IMG/VR virus record: IMGVR_UViG_3300032321_001507
Span: 1-58,621 of that record
Length of the DNA: 58,621 bases
Strand: one strand, 5' to 3'
Source of the DNA: a virus
Taxonomy: Duplodnaviria > Caudoviricetes
A program made the translations under genes and the position numbers. The notes under the pieces are model-generated. The model saw only the letters and a program-made list of their open reading frames with translations, did not search any database and was not told the DNA's origin. Of the stretch, positions 6,610-18,496 are shown one piece after another. Position 1 is the first letter of the stretch. The number at the start of each line of letters is the position of its first letter.

Positions 6610-7778
6610 TGAGAGTAAGAGAAAATCTATCAGGTATAGTTTCTTCTATAGGTAAAAATAGGAATAATCCTTCAATTAATTCTCAAATAGGTAAAGTATT
6701 TGGTGTTATAACTACTGAAAATACTCCTACAAAAGAATTATTTGATGCAAATGGAGGGTATAATGGAATAGGTACTATTTTTTATCTTGATTATAATACT
6801 TCAAAAAATTCTGATATTTCTACTGTTAACTTAAATAGTTGCAAATCAGCAAAACCTTTTCATTCTAGCAATCAAAATTATCCTTTAGTAGGAGAATTAG
6901 TAGAATTAATTGATGCTCCATCTCCTGCTTCCCAAGCAGGTAGTAATCTAACTCAAAAATACTATACAGGTGTTGTAAATATTTGGAATAATAACCAACA
7001 AAACTCACCTTCAAATGATTCCTTAGGTAAAACATTTAAAGAAAATAGTGATATAAGAAATTTAATTTCATTTGAAGGAGATAGAATATATCAAGGAAGA
7101 AAAGGTAATGGATTAAGATTTGGTAGTACTGTAAAATCAAAATTAAATTTAAATGAATGGAGTAAAGTAGGTAATGATGGAGATCCTATTACAATTTTAG
7201 TAAATGGATATGTTACTACTGATTTAAAAAATATTGCTCCAAATGTAGAAGAAATTAATAAAGAATTATCCTCAATATACTTAACATCAACCCAACAACT
7301 TCCATTACTTCCAGATAGAAATGATATTTTAAACCCAATTACCAAACCTCTTCAAGTAAATTTATATTTTGGTAAACCTCAATTATTATTTAATAGTGAT
7401 AGATTAATACTAAATTCTCGTACTGATGAAGTAATGATATTTGCTAAAACAAATATTGAATTAAATACTAATAACGTAATTAATTTAAATGCTGGTGAAA
7501 GAACTCATTTAAATTCTCCAAAAAACTTTATAGGCACTAGTTCTGATGGAACCTTACCTACCGAACCATTATTACTAGGTAATAAAACAATAGAATTACT
7601 TTCAGATTTAATGTTAGCTCTTGGGAAATTTGGAAGTGAAACTTCATCTGCAGTAACACCACCATCAGGATCACCATTAGTTGATATAAATAAAGCTGGG
7701 GTTAAACTTGCATCTAGTGTTAAAAATTTAATGGGTAAGTTAGAAAAAATTAAATCACAACAAAATTATACTTCATAA
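6609..7778 (+). CDS. baseplate hub/spike protein (gp5/gpV-like)
   Basis: OB-fold-like YPLVGELV, GD.I.QGR.GNG.RFGS, C-terminal beta-helix-like strands; upstream of gp25. Confidence 0.65.
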   Translation: MRVRENLSGIVSSIGKNRNNPSINSQIGKVFGVITTENTPTKELFDANGGYNGIGTIFYLDYNTSKNSDISTVNLNSCKSAKPFHSSNQNYPLVGELVELIDAPSPASQAGSNLTQKYYTGVVNIWNNNQQNSPSNDSLGKTFKENSDIRNLISFEGDRIYQGRKGNGLRFGSTVKSKLNLNEWSKVGNDGDPITILVNGYVTTDLKNIAPNVEEINKELSSIYLTSTQQLPLLPDRNDILNPITKPLQVNLYFGKPQLLFNSDRLILNSRTDEVMIFAKTNIELNTNNVINLNAGERTHLNSPKNFIGTSSDGTLPTEPLLLGNKTIELLSDLMLALGKFGSETSSAVTPPSGSPLVDINKAGVKLASSVKNLMGKLEKIKSQQNYTS

Positions 7779-9091
7779 TGGCTGGAAATACTAATGTTTC
7801 TTCTTTAATTCCCTCAAGTATAAATAATACTTTATCACAAATATCTCCCCCTAAAGCTTTTGGAGATCAAGTTATTAATAATAGTGTTACTAAATTAAAA
7901 ACGTCATCACTAGGTAAAATTGAAGTTCTTAAAAATGATATTCAAATAATAGTAAAAAAAATATTAGATCTAGAAGTTAAACATACTAAGACTTTAGAAG
8001 AATTAAATTTAAAATACAATCCACCCCCACCAACCAAACCATTATTAACCCAAGAAGAATATACTCAATCAGTTAATAATGAAAATACAAGTTATACAGA
8101 AGAAAAAACTTTATTAGAACAAGAAAAATTATCACTACAACAAAAACTACAGGATATATTAAATGATCCATATAAAAAAATAAAAGATAATAGTTTAAGA
8201 TTAAAGAAAAAAATAAATTCTCAAAAACAACGATTAGATAATGAAAAAAATAAAGAAAAAAAACGTTTATCTTTAAAAGTTTTAAAAAATGCTGGTAAAT
8301 CACTTACACCAATAATAGCACTTCAAGGCACTAAATTATTATTTGAAATAGTAACTAATAATCAAAAATTACAAGATTTAGTTGATAATACTAATGCTGT
8401 AATTGATGCTGCTGTTACTCAACAAGATATAAATAATGCTAGAGTTTTAAGAAATTCTACATTATCTATATTAAATGATAATGAAAGAAAATTAACATCT
8501 TTTGCAAAAATCATTTCTAATCTTAATAAAATAATATTTATACTTAGTATAATATTAAGATTATCTAAAAAAATATTACCTATACCTACTCCTCCAGGAT
8601 TTACACCTGATTTTGTTACTCCTCCTAAAGAAAGATTTAGATTTAAATATGAAACTGCTGTAAAATTAATAGATGGATTAAATGTACTAATTGCTATATT
8701 TCAAGGTATATTAGATGCTCAACTTGATGATTTAAGAGACTTAAAAAATCAATTAAAAAATATTAATGATATATTAGATAATATTATTATAAATAATTTA
8801 TCTGATAGTGAATTACAAACCTTTATTAGTAATTTACAAAATCAATCTTCTCCAATAAATTCCACTACATACCCAGAATATAAAGGATTTAAATTTGCTA
8901 TTAAAGAAGAAGAAACTTTAGGTGCTCAACAAGCAATAGTAGTTAGAGGTAATATTAAACGTAGATATGCTGTTGCTATTGATAAAGATGGAGTAGAAGT
9001 ATTAAAAAGCGAATTATCATTCACTTTAGATCCTACAGATTTAGTAGAACAATTAAAAATAATAATAGATCAACAAAATTTACAAGCTTAA
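7778..9091 (+). CDS. coiled-coil virion-associated hypothetical protein
   Basis: 437 aa, long coiled coils, in baseplate operon. Confidence 0.7.
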   Translation: MAGNTNVSSLIPSSINNTLSQISPPKAFGDQVINNSVTKLKTSSLGKIEVLKNDIQIIVKKILDLEVKHTKTLEELNLKYNPPPPTKPLLTQEEYTQSVNNENTSYTEEKTLLEQEKLSLQQKLQDILNDPYKKIKDNSLRLKKKINSQKQRLDNEKNKEKKRLSLKVLKNAGKSLTPIIALQGTKLLFEIVTNNQKLQDLVDNTNAVIDAAVTQQDINNARVLRNSTLSILNDNERKLTSFAKIISNLNKIIFILSIILRLSKKILPIPTPPGFTPDFVTPPKERFRFKYETAVKLIDGLNVLIAIFQGILDAQLDDLRDLKNQLKNINDILDNIIINNLSDSELQTFISNLQNQSSPINSTTYPEYKGFKFAIKEEETLGAQQAIVVRGNIKRRYAVAIDKDGVEVLKSELSFTLDPTDLVEQLKIIIDQQNLQA

Positions 9092-9104
9092 AATATTTAT
9101 ACAT

Positions 9105-9446
9105 ATGAAAGTAGACTTATTCAAAAAATTAATTAAAGAAGCTGTTGCCGAAGCGGTAAGAGAAGAATTAAATACTATTTTTAGTGAGGCACCAAAACAA
9201 AAACCTATTCAAGAATCACAAACATTAAACTTTACAAGTAATGATGTTATGACTGTTCGTACTAATATTCGTGAAAAGATGGGTAGTATGTTTGGATTTG
9301 ATCAAAATTCAAATATGGGTGGAAATTCATCAAATAGTAATTTACAAGTAGATACAAGTGCTGAAAATCCATATTTAGCATTTATAGCAGATTCTGCTGC
9401 TACTATGACCCCACAAGAAAGAGCTGGGCTTAAAAACTTAGGATAA
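9105..9446 (+). CDS. hypothetical late protein
   Basis: N-terminal FKKLIKEAVAEAVREE motif; late motif at 9093. Confidence 0.75.
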   Translation: MKVDLFKKLIKEAVAEAVREELNTIFSEAPKQKPIQESQTLNFTSNDVMTVRTNIREKMGSMFGFDQNSNMGGNSSNSNLQVDTSAENPYLAFIADSAATMTPQERAGLKNLG

Positions 9447-9447
9447 T

Positions 9448-9867
9448 ATGCCAATCCCAACGGTAATAAGAATTAATCCATTAGATTTGCAAAAAAATAT
9501 TGCGATTGGATTATCTTTACCTTTTGGATTATGTGGTAACGATAAATTATTTAATCAAACCTATAGTACTAAAGATCAAATTAAATCAAATTTAATTAAT
9601 CTTCTATTAACTAATAAAGGAGAACGAATATTAAACCCTGAATTTGGATCAGATTTAAAAAAAATATTATTTGAACAAATCACACCCTCAACAGAAGATA
9701 ATATAAGAAATACAATTAATACAGCAATTAATATTTATGTACCAGAGGTAACTGTTGATGATATTATTATAAATAATGATCCTGATAGTAATACTATTAA
9801 TATAACTGTTAATTATATATTAAATCTACCAGGTACTTCAGATCAAATCACCATTGAATTTCAATAA
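9448..9867 (+). CDS. gp25: baseplate wedge subunit gp25-like
   Basis: IKSNLINLLLTNKGERILNPEFGS.L...LFE signature. Confidence 0.92.
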   Translation: MPIPTVIRINPLDLQKNIAIGLSLPFGLCGNDKLFNQTYSTKDQIKSNLINLLLTNKGERILNPEFGSDLKKILFEQITPSTEDNIRNTINTAINIYVPEVTVDDIIINNDPDSNTINITVNYILNLPGTSDQITIEFQ

Positions 9868-9875
9868 TATATAAA

Positions 9876-11705
9876 ATGTCAGATAAAAATATATCATATT
9901 TAAATAAAACATTTACAGATTTTAAATCTAATTTGGTTAATTATGCTAAAACATATTTTCCAACAACCTATAATGACTTTTCAGAAGCATCACCAGGTAA
10001 TATGTTTATTGAAATGGCATCTTATGTAGGTGATGTAATGTCATTTTATGTAGATACTCAAATACAAGAGAATTTTTTATTATATGCAAAAGAAAAAGAA
10101 AATTTATATGCTTTATCTTATGCCTTTGGATATAGACCTAAATCATCTTATGCTTCTTCTACTATAGTAGATATATATCAATTAGTACCATCTCAAACTA
10201 TCAATAGTATAAATAGCCCTAATTTTAATACTTATGGCTTAATAATTCCAGAAAATACTTCTTTAACATCTACTAGTACAGGTACTAAATTTATTACTAC
10301 TGAAAAAATTGATTTTACTGATACTGGTTCTACAGAAATTACTTTTGTAGATTCAAATTATTATTTATTTAAAAAATCTGTAAAAGCTATATCTGCTGAA
10401 ATAAAAACTACTACCTTTACTTATGGTAGTCCACAAAAATTTCAAATATCAACAATCACAGATACTAATATATTACAAATATTAGATGTAACGGGTAGTG
10501 ATAGTAATAAATGGTATGAAGTACCTTATTTAGCTCAATCTAGTATATTTGAAGCAGTTGCAAATCCAACATATAGTACTGATCAAGTACCCTATTTATT
10601 AACATTAAAAAGAACCCCAAGACGATTTGTATCTAGAATATTATCTGATAATACTTTACAATTAGAATTTGGAGCTGGTATATCAAACTCATCAGATAGT
10701 CAAATAATTCCAACTCCTGATAATATTCAATTAGGATTAGTACCGGGAATATCTGATTTAAGTGATAATTATAATAAAGCTTCTGTTTTTTTTACTAAAG
10801 AATATGGTTTAGCTCCATCAAATATTACACTACAAGTTAGATATTTAGTAGGAGGTGGTATTACATCTAATGTACCATCTAACGATTTAACAATAATAGA
10901 CACTTCAGGAGTTTATTTTAAAAATGGAAATCCTGGAGGAGCTATATCAACTACAATATTAGGAAGTGTTGTTTCAACTAATCCAACTCCATCTATTGGT
11001 GGTAGAAATGGTGATGAAATAGAAGAAATTAGAAACAACGCTTTATTTTCATTTACATCACAAAATAGAGCCGTTACTAAAGATGATTATATTATAAGAA
11101 CTTTATCTTTACCTTCAACCTATGGTAATATAGCTAAAGTATATATAACCCAAGATTTTGAACGTTCTAATACTTTAGAAACATCTACATCTACTAAAAA
11201 TCCATTAGCATTAGATTTATATGTTTTAGCATATAATTCAAATAAACAATTAATACCATCATCAACAACCTTAAAAAATAATTTAGTAACTTATTTAAAC
11301 CAATATAGAATGATTACTGATGCTATTAACATTAAAGATGCATTTTATATTAATATAGGTGTTAATTTTGATATTACTGTCCAATCAGGATATAATAATC
11401 AAGATGTTATTACTAATTGTATTTTAATGTTACAAGACCATTTTAATATAGAAAAATGGCAAATTAACCAACCTATTATTCTCTCAGAAATTAATTCAAA
11501 ATTATTACAAGTTCAAGGAGTACAATCAGTAGTTAAAGTAGAAATTATAAATAAACAAGATAATACAGGTACAACATATTCTCAATATGGATATGATTTA
11601 TCAGGAGCTACTAAAAATGGTAACATTTATCCATCATTAGATCCTTCAATATTTGAATTAAGATATCCAAATACTGATATTCAAGGCAGAGTTGTAGCAT
11701 CTTAA
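9876..11705 (+). CDS. gp6: baseplate wedge subunit gp6-like
   Basis: DFKSNL..Y....Y.DFSEAS.G...IE..SY.GD..SFY; FGAG; QNRAVTKDDY. Confidence 0.9.
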   Translation: MSDKNISYLNKTFTDFKSNLVNYAKTYFPTTYNDFSEASPGNMFIEMASYVGDVMSFYVDTQIQENFLLYAKEKENLYALSYAFGYRPKSSYASSTIVDIYQLVPSQTINSINSPNFNTYGLIIPENTSLTSTSTGTKFITTEKIDFTDTGSTEITFVDSNYYLFKKSVKAISAEIKTTTFTYGSPQKFQISTITDTNILQILDVTGSDSNKWYEVPYLAQSSIFEAVANPTYSTDQVPYLLTLKRTPRRFVSRILSDNTLQLEFGAGISNSSDSQIIPTPDNIQLGLVPGISDLSDNYNKASVFFTKEYGLAPSNITLQVRYLVGGGITSNVPSNDLTIIDTSGVYFKNGNPGGAISTTILGSVVSTNPTPSIGGRNGDEIEEIRNNALFSFTSQNRAVTKDDYIIRTLSLPSTYGNIAKVYITQDFERSNTLETSTSTKNPLALDLYVLAYNSNKQLIPSSTTLKNNLVTYLNQYRMITDAINIKDAFYINIGVNFDITVQSGYNNQDVITNCILMLQDHFNIEKWQINQPIILSEINSKLLQVQGVQSVVKVEIINKQDNTGTTYSQYGYDLSGATKNGNIYPSLDPSIFELRYPNTDIQGRVVAS

Positions 11706-11724
11706 ATAATTAATTATAATATTT

Positions 11725-11760
11725 GAAGGCTTCAATTATAAAAAATTGGGGCTTTCTATA
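11725..11760 (+). terminator. stem-loop, probable intrinsic terminator
   Basis: GAAGGCTTCAATT-ATAAAA-AATTGGGGCTTTC after gp6. Confidence 0.5.
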
Positions 11761-11786
11761 TTTATACCATATATAAAACACAATAA

Positions 11787-12884
11787 ATGGCTGTATATAA
11801 AATATTTCCCGAAAAAAGCGCTACTCTATATTCATTTTACCCTTTAACAAATACAGGATTAGATGAAATAATTGAAGTTAGCACTTTTGAATCTATTAAT
11901 AGTACTAATGAAGTATCTAGAGGTATTATAAAATTCCCAACTGATCAAATTACTGATGTTATTGTTAATAAAGTAGGAAATAAGACATTTGATACTTATC
12001 TAAAATTATATTTAGCAAATGCATCATCAATACCTGTAGATTATATATTATATGTTTATCCAATTTCAGGAAGTTGGGAAAAAGGAACGGGAAGATTAGC
12101 AAATGTTCCTGCCACCAGTGATGGTGCTATGTGGTCATATAGAGATCAAGATAGTGGTAGTGTTTGGTATACAGGAACAACATTCCCTGCATTAACTACA
12201 GGTTCATTCCGTTCAGGATCTAATTCAGGAGGAGGTTTATGGTATACTGGTTCTTATGAATCAACACAATCTTTTACTCCAATAACTTCAAAAGATATTG
12301 AAATAAAAACCACATTTACCGTAAGTAAATGGTATTCTGGTTCAATAACAAATAATGGATTTATTATAAAACATTCACCCACAACAGAATTTACTACACA
12401 ATCTAAATTTGAATTAAAATATTTTTCTGAAAATACTCATACAATATACCCTCCTTGTTTAGAAATTAGATGGAATGATTTTTCTTATTCTACAGGATCA
12501 TTATCTACAATAACTTCTGATTTAGTTGTTGCTAGTATTGTTAATAATAAAAATGAATATCAACAAGATTCGGTTCAACGTTTTAAAATTAATGTAAGAG
12601 ATAAATATCCTGCTAGGAGTTTTCAAACATCTTCTGTATATTTAAATAATAAATTATTACCTACTGCTTCATATTGGTCAATAAAAGACTTAGATACTGA
12701 TGAGATAGTTATAGATTACGATACAACATATACAAAAATAAGTGCTGATTCAACAGGTAATTATTTTGATGTATATATGAATGGTTTAGAACCAGAACGT
12801 TATTATAAATTATTATTCCAAACTACAATAAGTGGTAGTACAATAGTATTAGATAATAATTATTATTTTAAAGTTATAAGATAA
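11787..12884 (+). CDS. virion structural protein (DNRLRE/CBM96-like beta domain)
   Basis: NTG.DE.IE..SR.IIKF..YLKLY..YP.SGSW..GTG pattern; late motif at 11758. Confidence 0.65.
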   Translation: MAVYKIFPEKSATLYSFYPLTNTGLDEIIEVSTFESINSTNEVSRGIIKFPTDQITDVIVNKVGNKTFDTYLKLYLANASSIPVDYILYVYPISGSWEKGTGRLANVPATSDGAMWSYRDQDSGSVWYTGTTFPALTTGSFRSGSNSGGGLWYTGSYESTQSFTPITSKDIEIKTTFTVSKWYSGSITNNGFIIKHSPTTEFTTQSKFELKYFSENTHTIYPPCLEIRWNDFSYSTGSLSTITSDLVVASIVNNKNEYQQDSVQRFKINVRDKYPARSFQTSSVYLNNKLLPTASYWSIKDLDTDEIVIDYDTTYTKISADSTGNYFDVYMNGLEPERYYKLLFQTTISGSTIVLDNNYYFKVIR

Positions 12885-13225
12885 TGTCACAAATACCTAT
12901 TCAAAGAACAGTATTTGATAAAGATCAATTTACTAAAGTAGTTGATACTAATTTTAGTCAATTAATTAATAATCAAACATTAGAAGAACAACCTTCTTTT
13001 ACTTTAGATGATTTTTTTCAATTATATGATGATTTATTTAACCAAATTCCAAGAGAAGGTGATATAAATTCTCATCAATATATTTTACAACGAGAAGCAG
13101 ATTATTTAGGAGTACAAATTAATAAAGATGATTTACAAGCATTATTAGATGAAATTACTTCTTTAAGACAAGAAGTATTAGATTCTCAAACTACAATAAA
13201 CGATTTAACAAATAATAATGGCTAA
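12884..13225 (+). CDS. hypothetical baseplate-region protein
   Basis: 113 aa, translationally coupled. Confidence 0.75.
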   Translation: MSQIPIQRTVFDKDQFTKVVDTNFSQLINNQTLEEQPSFTLDDFFQLYDDLFNQIPREGDINSHQYILQREADYLGVQINKDDLQALLDEITSLRQEVLDSQTTINDLTNNNG

Positions 13226-16200
13226 TATTCAAATAGTAGGTAGTATATTAAATAGTTCAACTATTTCACGTTATTCTGACCAAGATACTAATCTTATAGC
13301 ATCTCAAGAAATACAAGATGATTTTGGAGCTAGTAATGATTATATTGAATATTATATATATGATGCTGGAGGTAATTTATTAAATATAAATTATAATTAT
13401 AAAGATTTTAAATTACCATCTAATTCAAGTTTAACACCAACACCTAATAATTCTACTTCAAATACAACAAATTCAATTCCTTCAACTAATGTAGGTATTG
13501 TTTCTAATACCAATACCCAATCAGGATCATTATATCCTATTATTGAAATAGATCCAGTTCAAGATTTACAAAATAATGAATATACTTCAGGAGAATTTGT
13601 TGTTCAATATAATTTTTTTAGAAGTAAAATTGGCAATCCATCATCTTCTCTTTTTATTAAAGAAATATCTTCTGATAGAACAGAAATAGGAGTAATATCT
13701 ACCACATTAACGAATGAAGAAATAGAACAAGGTTTTAATACATTAGTTAGTGAAATAAGTGGATCTATATATTTTGTAGATTATTTATTAAATTTTGGTA
13801 ATAATCAACAAGTATTAACAGTTAACGTAGCTTTAAATAAACTTGATTCTGGGTATGAAATATATTTTAAATTATATGATCCACTTCCTGAAAATATAGT
13901 TGAAAAAACATCGTTATGGGTTGTTGATGAAAAAGTAGATCCTTATACTTTTAATATTAATTTAGATACTTTAGTTTTACCATCACCAAGTTTACAGTTA
14001 AGAGGTCCTAATTTTAATATTCCTATTGAACAACAAGGAACTATATCTACATCATATCAAAATTATGATAATTTATTAAATAATTTACAATCAATACAAA
14101 GTTCTTCGTATAGTAAAATATTAAATTTACTTACAACTCAAAGTATTGATATAAATGTAGATTATACTAATTTTTCTGAATTTTCATTTTTTGGATCTTC
14201 TAAACAACGTTTAGAAAATTTTTATACTAAGGTAAAAGAAATTGAAGATTACAATAATCTTATAAACATCTATTCCTCTAATGTTGCTACAACAAGTAGT
14301 ATTCAATTAGAAATTTCTTCATCTAGAAATAGTATAAATGATATAATTTCTAAATTTGATGGTTTTGAATATTATCTATATTTTGAATCTAGTTCATATG
14401 CTTGGCCTAAAACTAATTCAACATTACCATATACATTAGCATCTGTAGCATCAGCTCAAACATGGTTTAATAATTATATTAATGTTGCTGAATTGTACGA
14501 TGAAGATAATGTTAATATATTAAAAAATACCATACCAACATTTGTATTAGATGATTGTAATAATGATCAATATATAGTTTTTGTTAATATGATAGGCCAA
14601 TATTTTGATAATATTTGGATATTCTTAAAAGCAATTACTGATGTTAATTTAGCTAATAATAATTTAGAACAAGGTGTATCTAAAGATTTAGTATATCATG
14701 TTTTAAAATCATATGGTATTAAATTATATAATTCCCAAGGTGGTGAAGACTTAGATCAATTTTTAATTGGTGCTAATTCAGGTAGTGCTGTCTTTGATAA
14801 TAATTTTAGTCCTACTGGAAGTTATTTAAATAATATTCCTCGTAAAGATTTATTATCTGAAATATATAAACGTATTTACCATAATTTGCCTTATTTAGTA
14901 AAAAATAAAGGTACTGTTGCTGGTATTGAAGGATTAATTACTACATTTGGTATTACAGGTAGTATATTAAATACTAAAGAATTTGGTGGCGGAACTAAAT
15001 CTTCGTTACTTAAAGGATATAATAATGAAAAAGTAAGAATAGTAGACAATACTATTACTGGTAGTGTATTATCAACATTTATTCCTTTACAACAATCACC
15101 TACAGCATCTAATAAGTTTAGAGATAATGATTTAAATTATTTAGATGTATCATTTTCTCCACAAACACAAATTGATACTTATATTTCAGGAGCTATAGCT
15201 TCTAATAATCCTACATTTAGTTTAGATGATTATATAGGAGATCCTAGACAACAATACAATAATGTATATCCTGATTTAGAAACTCAACAAAAATTATATT
15301 TTGAAACTGGAGTAGCAGGATATCCAGCATTTACCGGTTCAAATATGGATTATAATGGATTTATCCGTTTAATTCAATTCTTTGATAATGCCTTATTTAA
15401 AATGATAGCTGATTTTGTTCCTGCAAGAACAAGTTTATCAACAGGTATTACAATAAACTCCCCAGTACTAGAACGTAATAAAATCTCATATGCTCAACCA
15501 TTAATTAATAATCAAGTTATTTATGATGCTGATTATAATGGTCCTGGAATTAGTCCTCAATATGGTCAATTATATAATAATCTTACTGGTTCTAAAGCTG
15601 CATTTTTTACCGGAGAATTAAGTGGTAGTGGAATAGATATATATAATAACTATTTTTTACCTGCTAATAGTAATTATTATTTACATCCTACATCAAGCTT
15701 AACAACTAATGATTTAAATATATTTAATCATTCTAACTTTAATGTAATGTTAAATAATGTTACTAGTAGCAGATTATCATTAACAAGACAAGGTATTGAA
15801 TATATTATAGGAAATACTGGAAGTTTATCAAATAGAATTATTTTAACTCCAGTTCAATTACAAGATTCATATCAAACACTAACTTCATATAATACTTCAC
15901 GTTATAATGGAAGTAAAGTATCTAGTTTAGATTATAATTATTATACTGAACCTATTATATCAAATACTGGTTTTACATTATATGAAGGTGATAAATCCTT
16001 TGGAAAAACAGCAGCAATTGATAAGTACGTTCGTAAAATAGGATTATTTACCTCAATACAATCAGATAAATTTTTACCTTTAAGAAATGATGTATCTTTA
16101 AAATATTTAGTAGATGAAAAAGGAGGATTAACAGAATTAAATCAAAGAAATAGTCATTGGGAAGAAATACAAAATACTTTTATTGCTGGAGATGATTTAA

Positions 16201-17777
16201 ATATAGCTTTATTTGACAATCAAAAATTTTCAAATCAAAGATCTACAGATGGAACTAAACCTATTTTTAGTAGTGGGTATATATATGAACCTGTATTTTA
16301 TTTTTTAAGTGCTTCAAATGCTAGCAGTGCTGATATTGCTAGACAAGATAAAACAGCAAGTTTTGATTATGCTGGTACAACAATAAACCAAGTATTTAAT
16401 AAACTTCCTTCATCAGGTTTAATAGCTACTTCCTCTGGAGATTATAATTTAAAACAAATTCTAAATACAAATGATCTTACACCACCAGCTTTATCTTCTG
16501 ATGTTAATGCTTATATAGCATATGATTTATTTAATTTAAACTCTCCATATAATAATGGGGAATATAATGATAACGTATATTTTAATGGAAGTCTTTCACC
16601 ACTAAAATCCTCAAACTATGTTGTACCAGCTACAGATAAATATAGTTTTACTGCTGATTTTAAAATTAAAGTAAAATACCCATCAGCTATAAATGGAAGA
16701 TCATTTTCAGGAACCTTTAGAATAAGAAATGCTTCTAATCCAACTGTTTTTATAGGAGAAGATGTAAACCTAGGATTTACTACAAATTTTTATTATGCAA
16801 TTTTTCAATATAGAAATTTTTCTAATACTAAAGTAATATTTGCTAATGATACCATCTCAGGAAGATCAAATGAAACTAAAATTTATCCAATTCGTGTTAT
16901 TGATGGAAATACTCAAACAATAAATGCTAGTGATACCGCTCCCGTGGTTTTTGAACCATTTATTGCAGAATATATTGGTACTGCTCCATCACTTGGTGGA
17001 AACCCACGTACAGAATTAGTTTGGAAATTAAGAGGTACAACTCAATATTATGTTGGTGAAGGAAGTGATGGTTTATTTCCACCTTTAGAGGGAGTAAATG
17101 AATCTACTTTAAATTTTAAAACATCTGTTAATAATTTAACTTTATCACAAGGTAATACAATATATTTTGAATTTTTAGTTCAAAATTCAAGTTTTACTCT
17201 TGAAGACCCAATAATAGAGATCCTTCCAGGAGGTAGTTTAAGAGTTGATTTAAATGGTGGTATTCCTGTTGCTTTTAGTAAGTTTACATCATTTAATACT
17301 ACAAATAATACATTAACTTTATCAACTAGATTATCAAATATATATGGTCCTAACTTTATATTTTTACCAACAGGATCATCGTTTTCTACAAGTTCATTAT
17401 ATAGTCAATATGGTGATGTAAATTATCCATTTTTACTATCTACAGGAGATACTATATTACTAACTCAAGCTTCGGGAAGCGTAGTTAATGAATATAGTAT
17501 AATTTCAATTAATCAAGCTCCAAATGAAGTTATATTTAATGTTGTACCACCATTCCCATCAAATATTGCTTCATCTTTATTTTCAGCAATATTTTTAAAA
17601 AGAGTAAAAGACGAAACTAGTATAATATCACGTTTTAGAAAAGCTCCTGGTGGTACATCTTATGGTTTTATTATACCATATAACCTACACCCAGATGTTT
17701 TAGTAAATATAGATACAATAACAAAAGAAGTAAAACAAAAATTATTAGCTGATCAACAAGGATCAGTAACAGGTTAA
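13218..17777 (+). CDS. large baseplate wedge protein (gp7/P2 gpI-like)
   Basis: 1519 aa; EIYKRIYHNLPYLVKNKGT..GI..LI..FGI resembles the tail_P2_I/gp7 motif. Confidence 0.65.
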   Translation: MANIQIVGSILNSSTISRYSDQDTNLIASQEIQDDFGASNDYIEYYIYDAGGNLLNINYNYKDFKLPSNSSLTPTPNNSTSNTTNSIPSTNVGIVSNTNTQSGSLYPIIEIDPVQDLQNNEYTSGEFVVQYNFFRSKIGNPSSSLFIKEISSDRTEIGVISTTLTNEEIEQGFNTLVSEISGSIYFVDYLLNFGNNQQVLTVNVALNKLDSGYEIYFKLYDPLPENIVEKTSLWVVDEKVDPYTFNINLDTLVLPSPSLQLRGPNFNIPIEQQGTISTSYQNYDNLLNNLQSIQSSSYSKILNLLTTQSIDINVDYTNFSEFSFFGSSKQRLENFYTKVKEIEDYNNLINIYSSNVATTSSIQLEISSSRNSINDIISKFDGFEYYLYFESSSYAWPKTNSTLPYTLASVASAQTWFNNYINVAELYDEDNVNILKNTIPTFVLDDCNNDQYIVFVNMIGQYFDNIWIFLKAITDVNLANNNLEQGVSKDLVYHVLKSYGIKLYNSQGGEDLDQFLIGANSGSAVFDNNFSPTGSYLNNIPRKDLLSEIYKRIYHNLPYLVKNKGTVAGIEGLITTFGITGSILNTKEFGGGTKSSLLKGYNNEKVRIVDNTITGSVLSTFIPLQQSPTASNKFRDNDLNYLDVSFSPQTQIDTYISGAIASNNPTFSLDDYIGDPRQQYNNVYPDLETQQKLYFETGVAGYPAFTGSNMDYNGFIRLIQFFDNALFKMIADFVPARTSLSTGITINSPVLERNKISYAQPLINNQVIYDADYNGPGISPQYGQLYNNLTGSKAAFFTGELSGSGIDIYNNYFLPANSNYYLHPTSSLTTNDLNIFNHSNFNVMLNNVTSSRLSLTRQGIEYIIGNTGSLSNRIILTPVQLQDSYQTLTSYNTSRYNGSKVSSLDYNYYTEPIISNTGFTLYEGDKSFGKTAAIDKYVRKIGLFTSIQSDKFLPLRNDVSLKYLVDEKGGLTELNQRNSHWEEIQNTFIAGDDLNIALFDNQKFSNQRSTDGTKPIFSSGYIYEPVFYFLSASNASSADIARQDKTASFDYAGTTINQVFNKLPSSGLIATSSGDYNLKQILNTNDLTPPALSSDVNAYIAYDLFNLNSPYNNGEYNDNVYFNGSLSPLKSSNYVVPATDKYSFTADFKIKVKYPSAINGRSFSGTFRIRNASNPTVFIGEDVNLGFTTNFYYAIFQYRNFSNTKVIFANDTISGRSNETKIYPIRVIDGNTQTINASDTAPVVFEPFIAEYIGTAPSLGGNPRTELVWKLRGTTQYYVGEGSDGLFPPLEGVNESTLNFKTSVNNLTLSQGNTIYFEFLVQNSSFTLEDPIIEILPGGSLRVDLNGGIPVAFSKFTSFNTTNNTLTLSTRLSNIYGPNFIFLPTGSSFSTSSLYSQYGDVNYPFLLSTGDTILLTQASGSVVNEYSIISINQAPNEVIFNVVPPFPSNIASSLFSAIFLKRVKDETSIISRFRKAPGGTSYGFIIPYNLHPDVLVNIDTITKEVKQKLLADQQGSVTG

Positions 17778-17830
17778 TAATAACTCATAAATTTTTTAAT
17801 TTTAATATATTTATAATATATACATAAAAT

Positions 17831-18496
17831 ATGGCAATATTAAATCCGACTACAATAACAGTAGATGCAATCTTAACCACAAAAGGACGTGAATTATTAT
17901 CACGTAATGATGGTTCATTTCAAATTACTCAATTTTCTCTAGCAGATGATGAAATTGATTATACTTTGTATAACCCATTACACCCTTCAGGTTCAGCATT
18001 TTATGGTGAAGCAATAGAGGCAATGCCTGTAATTGAAGCCTTCCCTAACGAATCTCAAATAATGAGATATAAATTAGTAACTTTACCTAGAGGTACAAGT
18101 AGACTACCAGTAATTAATTTAGGATATAGCAGCATTATATTAAAACAAGGTGCTTCATTAACAATTACTCCTCAAACACTAAACTACTTAGGTGCTACTT
18201 CAACATTTGAAGCTAATGGATATATTGCTACTATAGCAGATAGTAGATTAGTATCAACCTTCCAAGGAACTGGTGTAACAACAACAACTACTGGTATTAC
18301 AGATTTAAATACCACTACTGGCACAGTATTATCGTTAAGTCAAATAGGTACTTCGTTTACCATAACCGGTACTACAATTAATACTTTATTTGGATCAACG
18401 TTGACTTCATTATCAACTACAATAACAGTTATTGGTAGAGATAGCGGAGCTAGAGTAACTATTCCATTAAACATACAAAAAGTATCAACAACCTAA
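17831..18496 (+). CDS. baseplate/tail structural protein
   Basis: AILTTKGRELL....ITQFSLADDEIDY (tail-collar/baseplate-like N-terminus); late motif at 17807. Confidence 0.65.
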   Translation: MAILNPTTITVDAILTTKGRELLSRNDGSFQITQFSLADDEIDYTLYNPLHPSGSAFYGEAIEAMPVIEAFPNESQIMRYKLVTLPRGTSRLPVINLGYSSIILKQGASLTITPQTLNYLGATSTFEANGYIATIADSRLVSTFQGTGVTTTTTGITDLNTTTGTVLSLSQIGTSFTITGTTINTLFGSTLTSLSTTITVIGRDSGARVTIPLNIQKVSTT